In this document: one piece after another, positions 35,355 to 47,715 of the stretch
How the letters are laid out: each line of letters opens with the position of its first letter
Position numbering within the stretch: the first letter of the stretch is position 1
Source: Planctomycetota bacterium
GTDB taxonomy: Bacteria; Planctomycetota; UBA8108; SXIK01
Direction of reading: 5' to 3'
NCBI GenBank assembly: GCA_965223845.1
Contig: CBDCXR010000004.1
Coordinates: forward strand, 2,624,001 to 2,688,000
Length of the DNA stretch: 64,000 nucleotides
Notes under the pieces: generated by a model
What the model saw: only the letters and a program-made list of their open reading frames with translations
Databases searched by the model: none
Told to the model about the DNA's origin: nothing
Program-made: the position numbers and the translations under genes

Positions 35355-37622
35355 ATGAACCTACGCACCGTTTTTTCCATCTTCACGGTACTCGCCGCCA
35401 CTTCGACCGCGTCCGCGCAAGGCACGAAGGACGACTATGATCGCGCCGCGGCACTTCGCGAGCGCTTCAGTGGGAAGGTCCTCAACGAACGCGTCCGTGT
35501 TCGCTGGACGAAGGACGGCGAGCGGCTCTGGTACCGGCGGGAGCTTCCGGATGGGAAGAGCGAGTACGTCTCGATCACGACCGCGAGCGGAGAGCGAACT
35601 TCCGCCTTCGACCACGCGAAGCTCGCGGAGGCGCTCGGACGGGTGACCGACTCCGAGATCGCCGCCGACCGACTGCCCATCGAACGCCTCAGGATCGCGG
35701 ACGATGGCAAGTCGGCAGCCTTTCACTATCGCCGTGGGTGGCGAGTCGATCTCGAGACGTACGCCATCGAAGAGTCCGAGAGCCCACCGGCCGATCCCCC
35801 TCGCGAGCGCCGACGCCGGGGGCAGGGTCGCCGCCGGTGGAACTCGCGAGCGCCGAAGGTCGACTCGCCCGACGGCAAGTGGACGGCATTCATTCGCGAG
35901 CACAATCTCGTTGTCCGAGCGAAGGAAAGCGACGACGAATTCGCCCTTACGGAAGATGGAACCGACGAGCACGACTACACGCCTCCGCTCGTCTGGTCCC
36001 CGGACTCGCGACGGCTCGTCGCACTGCGTCGGCGAGAAGCGGAGGAGCACATCGTCCACTTCGTCGAGTCCTCACCGGACGATCAAGTGCAGCCGAAGCT
36101 TCACTCGCACCAGTATCTGAAGCCGGGCGACCGCATCGCGACATCGGCACCGCAGCTCTTCGACGTCACCGAGCGGCGCCGGATTCCCGTCTCGGATGAG
36201 CTCTTCGCGAATCCCTGGCGAGTTCGCAATCTTCGCTGGCCGAGCGCGCAGCGGTTTACGTTCCTCTACAACCAGCGCGGTCATCAAGTGCTGCGCGTCG
36301 TCGCGGTCGACGCGGAGACGGGGGAAGCGGGCGCCGTCATCGATGAGACGAGCCCGACGTTCATCGACTACGCGCACAAAACCTTCGCCCACTATCTCGA
36401 CGACGCTCGTGAGATCATCTGGATGTCGGAGCGAGACGGGTGGAATCATCTCTATTTGATCGATTCCCGCACCGGCGCGGTGAAGAACCAGATCACCTCC
36501 GGCGAGTGGGTCGTCCGAGGTGTCGACCGCGTCGACGAGGAAAAGCGAGAGATCTGGTTCCGTGCCGGCGGGATCTACCCCGAGCAGGATCCCTACTACG
36601 TCCACTTTGCGCGGGTCCGGTTCGACGGTACGGGTCTCGTCATTCTCACCGAAGGAAACGGCACGCACGAAGTCGAGCCGAGTCCCGACGGACGATTCCT
36701 CGTCGACCGCTACTCGCGAGTCGATCGCCCGCCCGTCACCGAGCTCCGGCGAGCAGAGACCGGTGAGCTCGTCACCCGCATCGAGGAGGCGGACGCATCC
36801 GCACTCGCCGCCGCGGGCTGGCGTGCGCCCGAGCGCTTCGTCGCGACGGGACGGGACGGCAAGACGAAGATCTACGGAATCATCATCCGCCCGACGCGAT
36901 TCGATCCGACCGTGCGGTATCCCGTCATCGAGAGTATCTACGCCGGTCCGCACTCGGCGCACGTCCCGAAGAGCTTTCGGGCCTATTACCGCCAGCAAGC
37001 GCTCGCCGAACTCGGCTTCGTCGTCGTCCGCATCGACGGCATGGGGACGTCTCACCGCTCGAAGGCGTTTCACGACGTCTGCTGGCGCAATCTAAAAGAC
37101 GCCGGCTTCCCCGATCGCATTCTCTGGATGAAGGCGGTCGCCGAAAAGTATCCCGCGCTCGACCTAGATCGCGTCGGGATCTACGGCGGCTCGGCGGGAG
37201 GCCAAAACACGTTGAGCGCGCTCCTTCACCACGGCGACTTTTACAAGGTCGGCGTGAGCGACTGCGGCTGCCACGACAACCGAATGGATAAGATCTGGTG
37301 GAACGAGCTCTGGATGGGTTGGCCGGTCGGGCCGGAGTACGCCGACAACTCGAACGTGACTCACGCCGCGAAGCTAGAGGGGAAGCTCCTCCTCACCGTC
37401 GGCGAGCTCGACCGGAACGTCGATCCCGCATCGACGATGCAAGTCGTAGACGCGCTCATCCGCGCCGATAAGGACTTCGAAATGATCGTCTTTCCCGGTG
37501 CGGGTCACGGAGTCGGAGAGTCACCGTACGCCGTTCGGAAACGGCGCGATTTCTTCGTCCGCCACCTGCTCGGCGTCGAGCCGCGGAGGGGGCCCGCAAC
37601 CGCGCCGTCCGATTCGCAGTAG
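35355..37622 (+). CDS. S9 family dipeptidyl peptidase IV-like serine peptidase, secreted
   Basis: Signal peptide, SPDG propeller repeats, [25 protein letters not shown] (nucleophile), D.NVDP, GAGHG. Confidence 0.92.
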   Translation: MNLRTVFSIFTVLAATSTASAQGTKDDYDRAAALRERFSGKVLNERVRVRWTKDGERLWYRRELPDGKSEYVSITTASGERTSAFDHAKLAEALGRVTDSEIAADRLPIERLRIADDGKSAAFHYRRGWRVDLETYAIEESESPPADPPRERRRRGQGRRRWNSRAPKVDSPDGKWTAFIREHNLVVRAKESDDEFALTEDGTDEHDYTPPLVWSPDSRRLVALRRREAEEHIVHFVESSPDDQVQPKLHSHQYLKPGDRIATSAPQLFDVTERRRIPVSDELFANPWRVRNLRWPSAQRFTFLYNQRGHQVLRVVAVDAETGEAGAVIDETSPTFIDYAHKTFAHYLDDAREIIWMSERDGWNHLYLIDSRTGAVKNQITSGEWVVRGVDRVDEEKREIWFRAGGIYPEQDPYYVHFARVRFDGTGLVILTEGNGTHEVEPSPDGRFLVDRYSRVDRPPVTELRRAETGELVTRIEEADASALAAAGWRAPERFVATGRDGKTKIYGIIIRPTRFDPTVRYPVIESIYAGPHSAHVPKSFRAYYRQQALAELGFVVVRIDGMGTSHRSKAFHDVCWRNLKDAGFPDRILWMKAVAEKYPALDLDRVGIYGGSAGGQNTLSALLHHGDFYKVGVSDCGCHDNRMDKIWWNELWMGWPVGPEYADNSNVTHAAKLEGKLLLTVGELDRNVDPASTMQVVDALIRADKDFEMIVFPGAGHGVGESPYAVRKRRDFFVRHLLGVEPRRGPATAPSDSQ

Positions 37623-37680
37623 CTGCGACCGTCAAGATCGGGGACCGCGGCACACGGGTGACCCGTCGGCGAACCGCCCC

Positions 37681-38043
37681 TTACTTGCGCGGCCGAGCCG
37701 CGTCATCGTCGATCGAACACGCCGGCGTACCAAAGATGATGAACTCGAGCGCGTCGCCCGGCTCCGCCACGAGTGAATGACGCTCTCCGCGCGGAATGAC
37801 CGCGACGGCCCCCGGGCGCAGCTCGTGCTCGGCACCCGCGACAAAGAGTCGGCCGCGCCCCGAAAGAACGTAGTACACCTCGTCGTACTCGGCGTGGTAG
37901 TGCTCGCTTCCTTCGGTCACGCGGACGACGTGGACGTTCGCCACGCCGCCGCGGCCGCCCGTTACGATGCGCGTCACGTCTCCGTATGGGCAGTCGACCG
38001 GATCGGTCTCATCTCGATAGCGAACAAGGCTCGAACGGGTCAC
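37681..38043 (-). CDS. Cupin domain protein
   Basis: HYH..DEVYYVLSGRG and IPRGERH cupin motifs. GTG 38043 with upstream GGAG. Confidence 0.85.
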   Translation of the reverse strand: MTRSSLVRYRDETDPVDCPYGDVTRIVTGGRGGVANVHVVRVTEGSEHYHAEYDEVYYVLSGRGRLFVAGAEHELRPGAVAVIPRGERHSLVAEPGDALEFIIFGTPACSIDDDAARPRK

Positions 38044-38195
38044 GATGTCGTCTCCGGTGGCATGCGGTTTTCGCGGCCCGGCTCCGCGTTCCGATCGGAA
38101 CGGTGCGAGATCGGCCCGCGTTCGCCGCGCGACGGAACCGGGGCCTGTCCCACCCTTGTTCGTGCGCAGCCGCGCGGCTAAAGTTGATCTTGCTG

Positions 38196-40607
<2,412 letters not shown>

Positions 40608-40620
40608 CGCCGAAGGAATC

Positions 40621-42069
40621 ATGAACCACGATATCGCCGACTCGATTCTTCGCCGGACCTTCCTCGGGAGGACCGCCTGCGGCATCGGTGCCGCCGCGCT
40701 CGGTGGTTTGCTCGGCCCGAACTCGCTCGCGGCGGCTGGCGCGAGCGCGAAACGCGGCGCGCCCGACGGCGGAGCGCGAGCTCCGCTCCACCGCCACGCG
40801 CGCGCGAAGCGAGTGATCTTTCTCTGCATGGCCGGCGGCCCATCTCACCTCGAGACCTTCGACTACAAACCAAAACTGCGCGAGCTCGACGGTCAGCCGA
40901 TGCCCGAGTCGTATACGAAGGGGCAGCCGATCGCGCAGCTCCAGGGCCAGCAACTGCGCGTGCTCCGCCCCTTGATCGGATTTCGTCGCCACGGCGAATC
41001 CGGTCAGATGGTCAGCGACTTCCTCCCGCACATCGCCGAAGTCGCCGACGAGGTTTGTATCGTTCGCTCACTCCACACCGATCAGATCAACCACGACCCC
41101 GCACACACCGTGATGAACACGGGCACGTCGATCTCGGGTCGACCGAGCATGGGTTCGTGGATCACGTACGGTCTCGGCTCCGATTCGCAGAATCTACCGG
41201 GCTTCGTCGTCCTCACATCGGAAGGCGGACGCAACCCGCAGCCGATTTCGACGCGGCAGTGGCACCACGGGTTTCTCCCCGGACAGTTCCAGGGAACGGA
41301 GTTCCGCTCGGGCGGCGATCCCGTGCACTACGTCCGCCGCCCGGCCGGCGTATCAGCGCGAGATCAGCTCGACCTCGTTCGCGCCGTCAACTCTCTCAAC
41401 GGGATCCGAAACGAGGCGCTCGACGATCCCGAGATCGAAACGCGCATCCGCCAGTACGAGCTCGCGTTCCGCATGCAGACGAGCGTGCCGGAACTCATGA
41501 ATCTTTCGAGCGAGTCCTCGGCGACGCTCGAGATGTACGGGGCGACGAACGGGGCCGACGGGTCCTACGCGGCAAACTGCCTCCTCGCGCGGCGGCTCGC
41601 CGAGCGAGGCGTCCGGTTCATTCACCTCTACCACCGCGGGTGGGACCACCACGGCGATCTCGTCCCCTACATGAATACGTGCTGCGGACTCACCGACCGA
41701 CCCACCGCTGCGCTCCTCCGCGATCTCAAGCAGCGCGGCCTCCTCGACGACACACTCGTCATCTGGGGTGGCGAATTCGGACGCACGCCGATGTTTCAGG
41801 GGAAGGGCAAGCGCCCCGGTCGCGACCACCACATGCGCGCCTTCTCGATGTGGCTCGCGGGCGGAGGAATCCGCGGAGGGATCACTTACGGCGCGACGGA
41901 CGAGCTCGGCTACAACGTCGTCGAAGACACCGTACACATAAACGATCTCCACGCGACGATGCTCCACCTCCTCGGCATCGATCACGAGCGACTGACCTAC
42001 CGCTACCAAGGGCGCGACTTCCGGCTCACGGACGTCGGCGGCCGGGTGGTGCGCGAGATCTTGGTGTAG
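40621..42069 (+). CDS. DUF1501 domain protein (Tat substrate)
   Basis: RRTFLG, VIFLCMAGGPSHLETFD, GRPSMGSW, GWDHH, GGEFGRTP, RDFRLTDV. Confidence 0.93.
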   Translation: MNHDIADSILRRTFLGRTACGIGAAALGGLLGPNSLAAAGASAKRGAPDGGARAPLHRHARAKRVIFLCMAGGPSHLETFDYKPKLRELDGQPMPESYTKGQPIAQLQGQQLRVLRPLIGFRRHGESGQMVSDFLPHIAEVADEVCIVRSLHTDQINHDPAHTVMNTGTSISGRPSMGSWITYGLGSDSQNLPGFVVLTSEGGRNPQPISTRQWHHGFLPGQFQGTEFRSGGDPVHYVRRPAGVSARDQLDLVRAVNSLNGIRNEALDDPEIETRIRQYELAFRMQTSVPELMNLSSESSATLEMYGATNGADGSYAANCLLARRLAERGVRFIHLYHRGWDHHGDLVPYMNTCCGLTDRPTAALLRDLKQRGLLDDTLVIWGGEFGRTPMFQGKGKRPGRDHHMRAFSMWLAGGGIRGGITYGATDELGYNVVEDTVHINDLHATMLHLLGIDHERLTYRYQGRDFRLTDVGGRVVREILV

Positions 42070-42106
42070 ATTCGACGCTAGCGCGTCGCCGCTCCCTCGT
42101 GCCGAC

Positions 42107-42343
42107 CTACTCGCCCGGCTGCCGAGCCCCCGCCGCGCACGCTGCAACCGCCGCGGCGAAGCTCACGATACCGATCGCCGCCATTCCAACTCCCCAGATG
42201 AGCGGCGCGCCTTCTCGGAACGCGTGAACGCTCCCAAGGGAGGTGAGCCCTGAAATACCCACCGCGAAGGCGCCGCCGATGAACCACGCGCGCCGGCTCA
42301 ACAGAGCGGCGATGAGGCACGTGACGATGAGCGCGATCGTCAC
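42107..42343 (-). CDS. Small hypothetical membrane protein (about 3 TM helices)
   Basis: Strongly hydrophobic ORF directly downstream of the PQQ-propeller gene; may extend to CTG 42403. Confidence 0.55.
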   Translation of the reverse strand: MTIALIVTCLIAALLSRRAWFIGGAFAVGISGLTSLGSVHAFREGAPLIWGVGMAAIGIVSFAAAVAACAAGARQPGE

Positions 42344-42399
42344 GACAACGATCGCGTAGGAGTAGATCGGAGCTGAGATTTCTCTACCTGAGCCGCCGC

Positions 42400-43653
42400 T
42401 CAGTCCCCCGCCGCGCTCTCAGCGCGGATGTCGTAGCAGTAAACGAGCTCCTGGTCGCGGAGATAAAGCCGTCCGTCCGAAACGACCGGGTGCGTCCAGA
42501 TGCGCCCGGCCGGCTTCCGAAGCTCGGTCTGCGGGGAGAGGCGGAAGCGACTGCGCCCCTTCCATCCTTCCGGCGTTGCTTCGACGAGGGCGACGTCTCC
42601 GTTTCGTTCGTCGACGCAGATCAGCATACCGTCGGCGTAGGTGAGACAGCCCTTTCCGAGACCCTTGTGATTCCAGACCATCTCGCCCGTGGCGAAGTTC
42701 TGACACACCCATCCCGGTCCGTCCGAATAGCCGTAGAGGTAGTCGCCCACGCGAATCACTCCACCGTGATGGTTCTTCATGACGCGGTTCGCGTAGATCT
42801 CCTCGACGCGGTTCTTCGGGCCGATCTCGACGAGCTTACAGCCGACGCCGTACCCCGAAGAGATGTACACGCGGTTCCCGTGGTTGATCGGGGTCGGAAT
42901 GACCGCGGTCCGCCCCGGCCAGTCGGACTGCCAGAGGACGCGTCCCGTCTTGGCCGAAACGCCGACGAGGGTTTCCATGGTGAGCTGCACGTACTGACGC
43001 TCGCCGTTCAGGTCGACGGCGATGATCGACGAGTACTGCGCGCCGTCGCGAAAACCCTTCGAGCGCCAGATCGGCTTTCCGGTTTGCTTGTGAAGAGCCG
43101 CGATCGCTCCGTTTCTGCCGCCGGGAGTGCAAACGACGCGATTGCCGTCGACGAGTACCGACTCCGTGTACCCCCAATGCGGGATCTTGCCGCCGAGTTT
43201 CTTGACGAGGTCGGCCGACCAGATCTTCTTTCCATCCTTCGCCCGGAGGCAGACGAGATTCCCGCGCGCACTGAGCGCGTAGACGAGGCCGTCGTCGACG
43301 GTCGGCGTGCCGCGCGGTCCGTCGCCCCAGTTGTTTTCGAGCCGCTCCCCGATCGGCTTCGCCCAGATCTCCGTGCCCGTCTTCGTATCGACCGCGATGG
43401 CATACTCGACGTCATTCCGAGCGCCCATCGTGTAGAGGCGGCCGCCGACGACGGCGAAGCCCGCATAGCCGATCCCCGCCTCGCGATAGAGCCAGAGACG
43501 GGTAGGTCCGTCCTCCGGCCAGGAGCGGAGGAGCCCGGTCTCGGCGGACCGGCCAGTGCGTTCAGGGCCGCGCCACTGCGGCCAATCCGCCGCGGAAACG
43601 GTCGCGGTGACGCTCGCGGAGACCAAAACCGCGAAAACGATGCCTCGGGTCAT
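42400..43653 (-). CDS. PQQ-binding-like beta-propeller repeat protein (BamB-like), secreted
   Basis: Signal peptide, ADWPQWRGPERTG, GPRGTPTVD, repeated ..G..LW, WTHPVVSDGRLYLRD. Confidence 0.9.
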   Translation of the reverse strand: MTRGIVFAVLVSASVTATVSAADWPQWRGPERTGRSAETGLLRSWPEDGPTRLWLYREAGIGYAGFAVVGGRLYTMGARNDVEYAIAVDTKTGTEIWAKPIGERLENNWGDGPRGTPTVDDGLVYALSARGNLVCLRAKDGKKIWSADLVKKLGGKIPHWGYTESVLVDGNRVVCTPGGRNGAIAALHKQTGKPIWRSKGFRDGAQYSSIIAVDLNGERQYVQLTMETLVGVSAKTGRVLWQSDWPGRTAVIPTPINHGNRVYISSGYGVGCKLVEIGPKNRVEEIYANRVMKNHHGGVIRVGDYLYGYSDGPGWVCQNFATGEMVWNHKGLGKGCLTYADGMLICVDERNGDVALVEATPEGWKGRSRFRLSPQTELRKPAGRIWTHPVVSDGRLYLRDQELVYCYDIRAESAAGD

Positions 43654-43778
43654 TTTCGGTACCTGTCGGTTGTCAGAAGTGAGAGGAGAAACGGGAATGC
43701 ACGATCAGATGTCGACATTCTAACCCCTCTACGAAGACCGAAACACTCTCGAGCGGAGAGCGGCCACCGAGGCTGAGC

Positions 43779-43808
43779 TTGGTCCTGTCGACCAGCGATT
43801 CTTATAAT
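43779..43808 (+). promoter_or_regulatory. Candidate sigma70 promoter for the 43881-47616 operon
   Basis: TTGGTC-N18-TATAAT (perfect -10) in a divergent intergenic region. Confidence 0.5.
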
Positions 43809-43880
43809 GGCGCCGTCAACCGGGACGACGGACGCGCGGCCGCGGCGGCCGGCGGGCGTCCGCGTCGGAGACGACGCCTC

Positions 43881-46154
43881 ATGCCCTTTTCACCGCGCAG
43901 AGTTCGAGTTTGCAGCGCGTCGCGACGCCGGAGATTCGCGCTGGCGGCGGCGGGCGTCTCCCTTCTTGCCGCCGCGGGACTCGGCCCCGCGCGCGTTCGC
44001 GCCGGCGACGTCTCGTTCTCGACCGACGTCATGGCCGCGCTCTCGAAAGCCGGCTGCAACCAGGGCGTCTGCCACGGCAACAAATCCGGCAAGGGTGGAT
44101 TCAAGCTCTCTCTCCGCGGCGAAGACCCCGCGGCCGACTATCGCGCGCTTACGCGCTCGCTCTACGGGAGAAGGACGAACCCATCGGACCCCGCCGACAG
44201 CTTGATTCTCCGTAAGGCGACCGCCTCGGTGCCGCACGAAGGCGGCCAGCGGTTCGAGCGCGACTCGGAGCTCTACCGCCTACTCGCAAGCTGGATCGGC
44301 GCCGGCTGTCCGCCGGATTCGACCGGCCGACCTCGCCTTGAAAACCTCGAGGTCTCGCCGCGCACGATCGTTCTCCGCGACGATCACCGCTCGGCGCGAA
44401 TCCGTGCGGTCGCGACGTATTCCGATGGCAGCCGGCGCGACGTCACCGGCCTCAGCGTCTTCGAACAATCGACACCGCTCGTCGACGTTTCACCCGGCGG
44501 AGAGATCGACTGTCCGCAGTCGGGCGAGACGACGATCCTCGTCCGCTACCTCGATCGTCAGATTCCGGTCCCGGTCACGATCGTCGACCCGAGTCCCGAA
44601 TTTCGGTTCACCGCCCCCGAGTCGGATCACTTCGTCGATCGCGCGGTGTTCGAGAAGCTGAGGCTCCTTCGCATCACCCCGTCCCGCGTGGCGGGCGATC
44701 GCGTCTTCATCCGCCGTCTCTACCTCGACCTCACCGGATCGCTTCCTACCGCCGCCGAAGCGCGCGAGTTTTTCGCGGATCCGCGATCGGACAAGCGGGA
44801 TCATTGGATCGATCGACTCCTCGACTCGGATGCGTTCGCCGACTTCTGGGCCCTCAAGTGGTCCGACCTCCTCCGGAACGAGGAGAAAACCCTCGACCGG
44901 AAGGGCGTTCAGGTCTTTCACCACTGGATTCGCCGCGCGATCGCCGACGGCATGCCGCTGAGTGACCTGGCTCGCGAGATCGTCCGCGCACGCGGAAGCA
45001 CCTATCACTCGCCTCCGGCCAACTACTATCGCGCGCTCCGCGATCCGGTCAGCCGCGCCGAGACGACGGCTCAGCTCTTCCTCGGCCGGCGGCTCAAGTG
45101 CGCGCAGTGCCACAATCACCCGTTCGACCGGTGGACACAGGACGACTACTACGACTGGACCAGTCTCTTCGGCGGAGTTCGCTACCGCGTCCTCGAGAAC
45201 CGTCGGCGGGACCGAAACGACAAGCACGAGTTCGCCGGTGAGCAAATCGTCTGGGTGGGCGGTGCCGGGCGAGTGCTCAACGAACGAACGGGTGAACCCG
45301 CGACGCCGCGGTTTCTCGGCGATTCGACGGGCCGCTCGGGAATCGTAGAGGAGCCACTCGAAGCCCTCGCTCGCTGGATCGCCGACCCGGAAAACCCGTA
45401 CTTCGCGAAGGCGCAGGCAAACCGGATCTGGTTTCACCTCATGGGACGCGGTCTCGTCGACCCGGTCGACGATTTCCGCGCGACCAACCCGGCGAGCCAT
45501 CCCGCGCTCCTCGACGCACTCGCGAGCGAGCTTCGCACTAGCGGTTTCGATCTCCGGCATCTCGTGCGCGTGATCGTACGGTCGAAGACCTACCAACTGA
45601 GCTCCGAGCCGACGCCGTCGAATCGAGAGGATACGATCAACTACGCGCGCGCATTGCCGCGTCGCCTCACGGCCGAGCAACTCCTCGATTCGCTTGCGCG
45701 CGCGCTCGAAGCGCCGGTCACGTTCAACGGCTATCCGCGCGGAACACTCGCCCGCGAGATCCCCGGCGTGATCGCCATTCGCCGCCGCGACCAGCGCCCG
45801 TCTCCCGGTGACGATTTTCTGCGGCAGTTCGGGAAACCGAAGCGGCTGATCTCCTGCGAGTGCGAGCGGACGACGGAGACGACGATGGGGCAAGCGTTCC
45901 AGCTCATCAGCGGTCGCCTCCTCGACGAGTTGCTCCGAAGTCCAGATGGACGAATCGCCTCGCTCGCGACGACCAGCCTCCCGATCGCGGATGCGGTCAC
46001 CGAGCTCTACTGGCGAACGCTCAGCCGAACGCCGACGGAGGAAGAGCTCGCGCGGACGCTCGAGCTCCTCGACTTCGAGGCCGATCGGCGAGCCGCGCTC
46101 GAGGATCTCGCTTGGAGTCTCGTCAACGCGAAAGAGTTTGTCCTTCGGATGTGA
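43881..46154 (+). CDS. DUF1549/DUF1553 protein with Ig-like (Big_2-type) domain
   Basis: VSF.TDV..LSKAGCNQGVCHG..GKGGFKLSL, PHEGG, V.ATYSDGSRRDVT, RRLYLDLTG, CAQCHNHPFDRWTQDDY, SCECER, NAKEF. GGAG RBS before ATG 43881. Confidence 0.9.
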   Translation: MPFSPRRVRVCSASRRRRFALAAAGVSLLAAAGLGPARVRAGDVSFSTDVMAALSKAGCNQGVCHGNKSGKGGFKLSLRGEDPAADYRALTRSLYGRRTNPSDPADSLILRKATASVPHEGGQRFERDSELYRLLASWIGAGCPPDSTGRPRLENLEVSPRTIVLRDDHRSARIRAVATYSDGSRRDVTGLSVFEQSTPLVDVSPGGEIDCPQSGETTILVRYLDRQIPVPVTIVDPSPEFRFTAPESDHFVDRAVFEKLRLLRITPSRVAGDRVFIRRLYLDLTGSLPTAAEAREFFADPRSDKRDHWIDRLLDSDAFADFWALKWSDLLRNEEKTLDRKGVQVFHHWIRRAIADGMPLSDLAREIVRARGSTYHSPPANYYRALRDPVSRAETTAQLFLGRRLKCAQCHNHPFDRWTQDDYYDWTSLFGGVRYRVLENRRRDRNDKHEFAGEQIVWVGGAGRVLNERTGEPATPRFLGDSTGRSGIVEEPLEALARWIADPENPYFAKAQANRIWFHLMGRGLVDPVDDFRATNPASHPALLDALASELRTSGFDLRHLVRVIVRSKTYQLSSEPTPSNREDTINYARALPRRLTAEQLLDSLARALEAPVTFNGYPRGTLAREIPGVIAIRRRDQRPSPGDDFLRQFGKPKRLISCECERTTETTMGQAFQLISGRLLDELLRSPDGRIASLATTSLPIADAVTELYWRTLSRTPTEEELARTLELLDFEADRRAALEDLAWSLVNAKEFVLRM

Positions 46155-46167
46155 GCGGTGGAGGAAC

Positions 46168-47616
46168 ATGAGCCCGAAATCACGATCACGCAGAATCGAG
46201 TGTCGCGAACGCCGCGCACGCTCCTACGCGTGCGGAGGTCTCATCCCGCGCCGGAATCTTCTTCAGGTCGGCGGCCTCGGCCTCCTCGGGCTCCAGCTTC
46301 CAAAACTCCTCCGTGCCGAGGACGAGATCAAACGGGCGAACGGCGGCGGTAGCGGACTCCCCCGGCGGGCGAAATCCGTCATCTTCCTCTTTCAGTTCGG
46401 TGGTCCGAGCCAACTCGACACTTTCGACATGAAGCCGGATGCGCCCGATGGCATCCGGGGACCGCTGAAGCCGATCGCGTCGAGCTCCCCGGACATCCAA
46501 GTCTGCGAGCTGCTTCCGCGGACGGCAAAAGTGATGGACAAGGTCACGCTGATCCGGTCGGTCCATCACGACATGAAGAACCACAACTCGGCGTCGTACT
46601 ACGCCCTCACGGGACATCGACCGCCCGTCGACGATATCCGGCTCCGAGATTCGCTCGACCTCTTCCCCGCGTACGGTGCGGTCGCGAGCAAGCTCGCGCC
46701 GGTCTCCGGGGAGATGCCGACCTTCGTCGCGTACCCTCACACAATGCGAGACGGTTCGATCACCCCGGGCCAGGGAGCCAGCTTTCTCGGAAAGGCCCAC
46801 GATCCGTTCTTCGTCGGCGAAGACCCGAATCGGCCGGACTTTAGGCTCCCCGAGCTGAGCCTCCCGGCCGGACTCACGGCCGATCGTATCGAGCGGCGGC
46901 GCGAGCTCCAGCGCATCATCGACGCGCAGTCGCGCGTCCTCGAGCACTCCGCCGAGGCGCGCGGCCTCGACGAATACTACAAGCGTGCGCTCGCGATGCT
47001 CACGTCGTCGCGCGTGCGGAAGGCCTTCGACCTCTCGAGTGAAGACGACAAGCTGCGCGACCGCTACGGTCGCCACACCTACGGCCAGAGCTGTCTCCTC
47101 GCGCGCCGGCTCGTCGAAGCGGGTGTCCGCTTCGTCAACGTGTATTTCTCGCGGAACATCGGCGGTCAGAGCACGACCTCAGGTGGCTGGGACACGCACG
47201 GGTTCAACAACACACGCATGTATCCGATCGTTCGGAAGTATCACATGCCGCTCACGGATGAGGTGCTACCGACTTTCCTCGAAGACCTCGACGAGCGCGG
47301 TCTTCTCGACGAGACGCTCGTCGTCTGGATGGGGGAGTTCGGCCGCACTCCGAAGATCAACGGCAACTCGAGCCGCGATCACTGGCCCGCGTGCTACACC
47401 GTTCTGCTCGCGGGCGGTGGACTGAAGCGAGGGTTCGTCTACGGAGCCTCCGATCGAAACGCGGCGCTGCCTCTTCGTGATCCAGTCCGCCCGGACGATC
47501 TCGCGGCGACGATGTTTTATCTGCTCGGAATCGACCCAAAAACCGAGATCCACGACACACAAGACCGCCCTCTTCTGATCGCCGAAGGCGATCCCGTGCT
47601 GGATTTGCTGGCGTGA
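46168..47616 (+). CDS. DUF1501 domain protein (Tat substrate)
   Basis: GGAGG RBS. RRNLLQVG, FQFGGPSQLDTFDMKP, GQSCLLARRLVEAGV, WDTH, GEFGRTPKIN, RDHW. Confidence 0.93.
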   Translation: MSPKSRSRRIECRERRARSYACGGLIPRRNLLQVGGLGLLGLQLPKLLRAEDEIKRANGGGSGLPRRAKSVIFLFQFGGPSQLDTFDMKPDAPDGIRGPLKPIASSSPDIQVCELLPRTAKVMDKVTLIRSVHHDMKNHNSASYYALTGHRPPVDDIRLRDSLDLFPAYGAVASKLAPVSGEMPTFVAYPHTMRDGSITPGQGASFLGKAHDPFFVGEDPNRPDFRLPELSLPAGLTADRIERRRELQRIIDAQSRVLEHSAEARGLDEYYKRALAMLTSSRVRKAFDLSSEDDKLRDRYGRHTYGQSCLLARRLVEAGVRFVNVYFSRNIGGQSTTSGGWDTHGFNNTRMYPIVRKYHMPLTDEVLPTFLEDLDERGLLDETLVVWMGEFGRTPKINGNSSRDHWPACYTVLLAGGGLKRGFVYGASDRNAALPLRDPVRPDDLAATMFYLLGIDPKTEIHDTQDRPLLIAEGDPVLDLLA

Positions 47617-47715
47617 CGCGCGATCGACGCTCGGCGAAAACGCTTACTAAGAGCATTGTCTGCACGAGCTCCTCGCCGTGCTTCCTTGACACCAGAATGA
47701 TGTACGAGACGCGCG

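Noticed and set aside
47686-47714. Perfect TTGACA upstream of the PPC gene
   Set aside because: No -10-like hexamer at 16-18 nt spacing.
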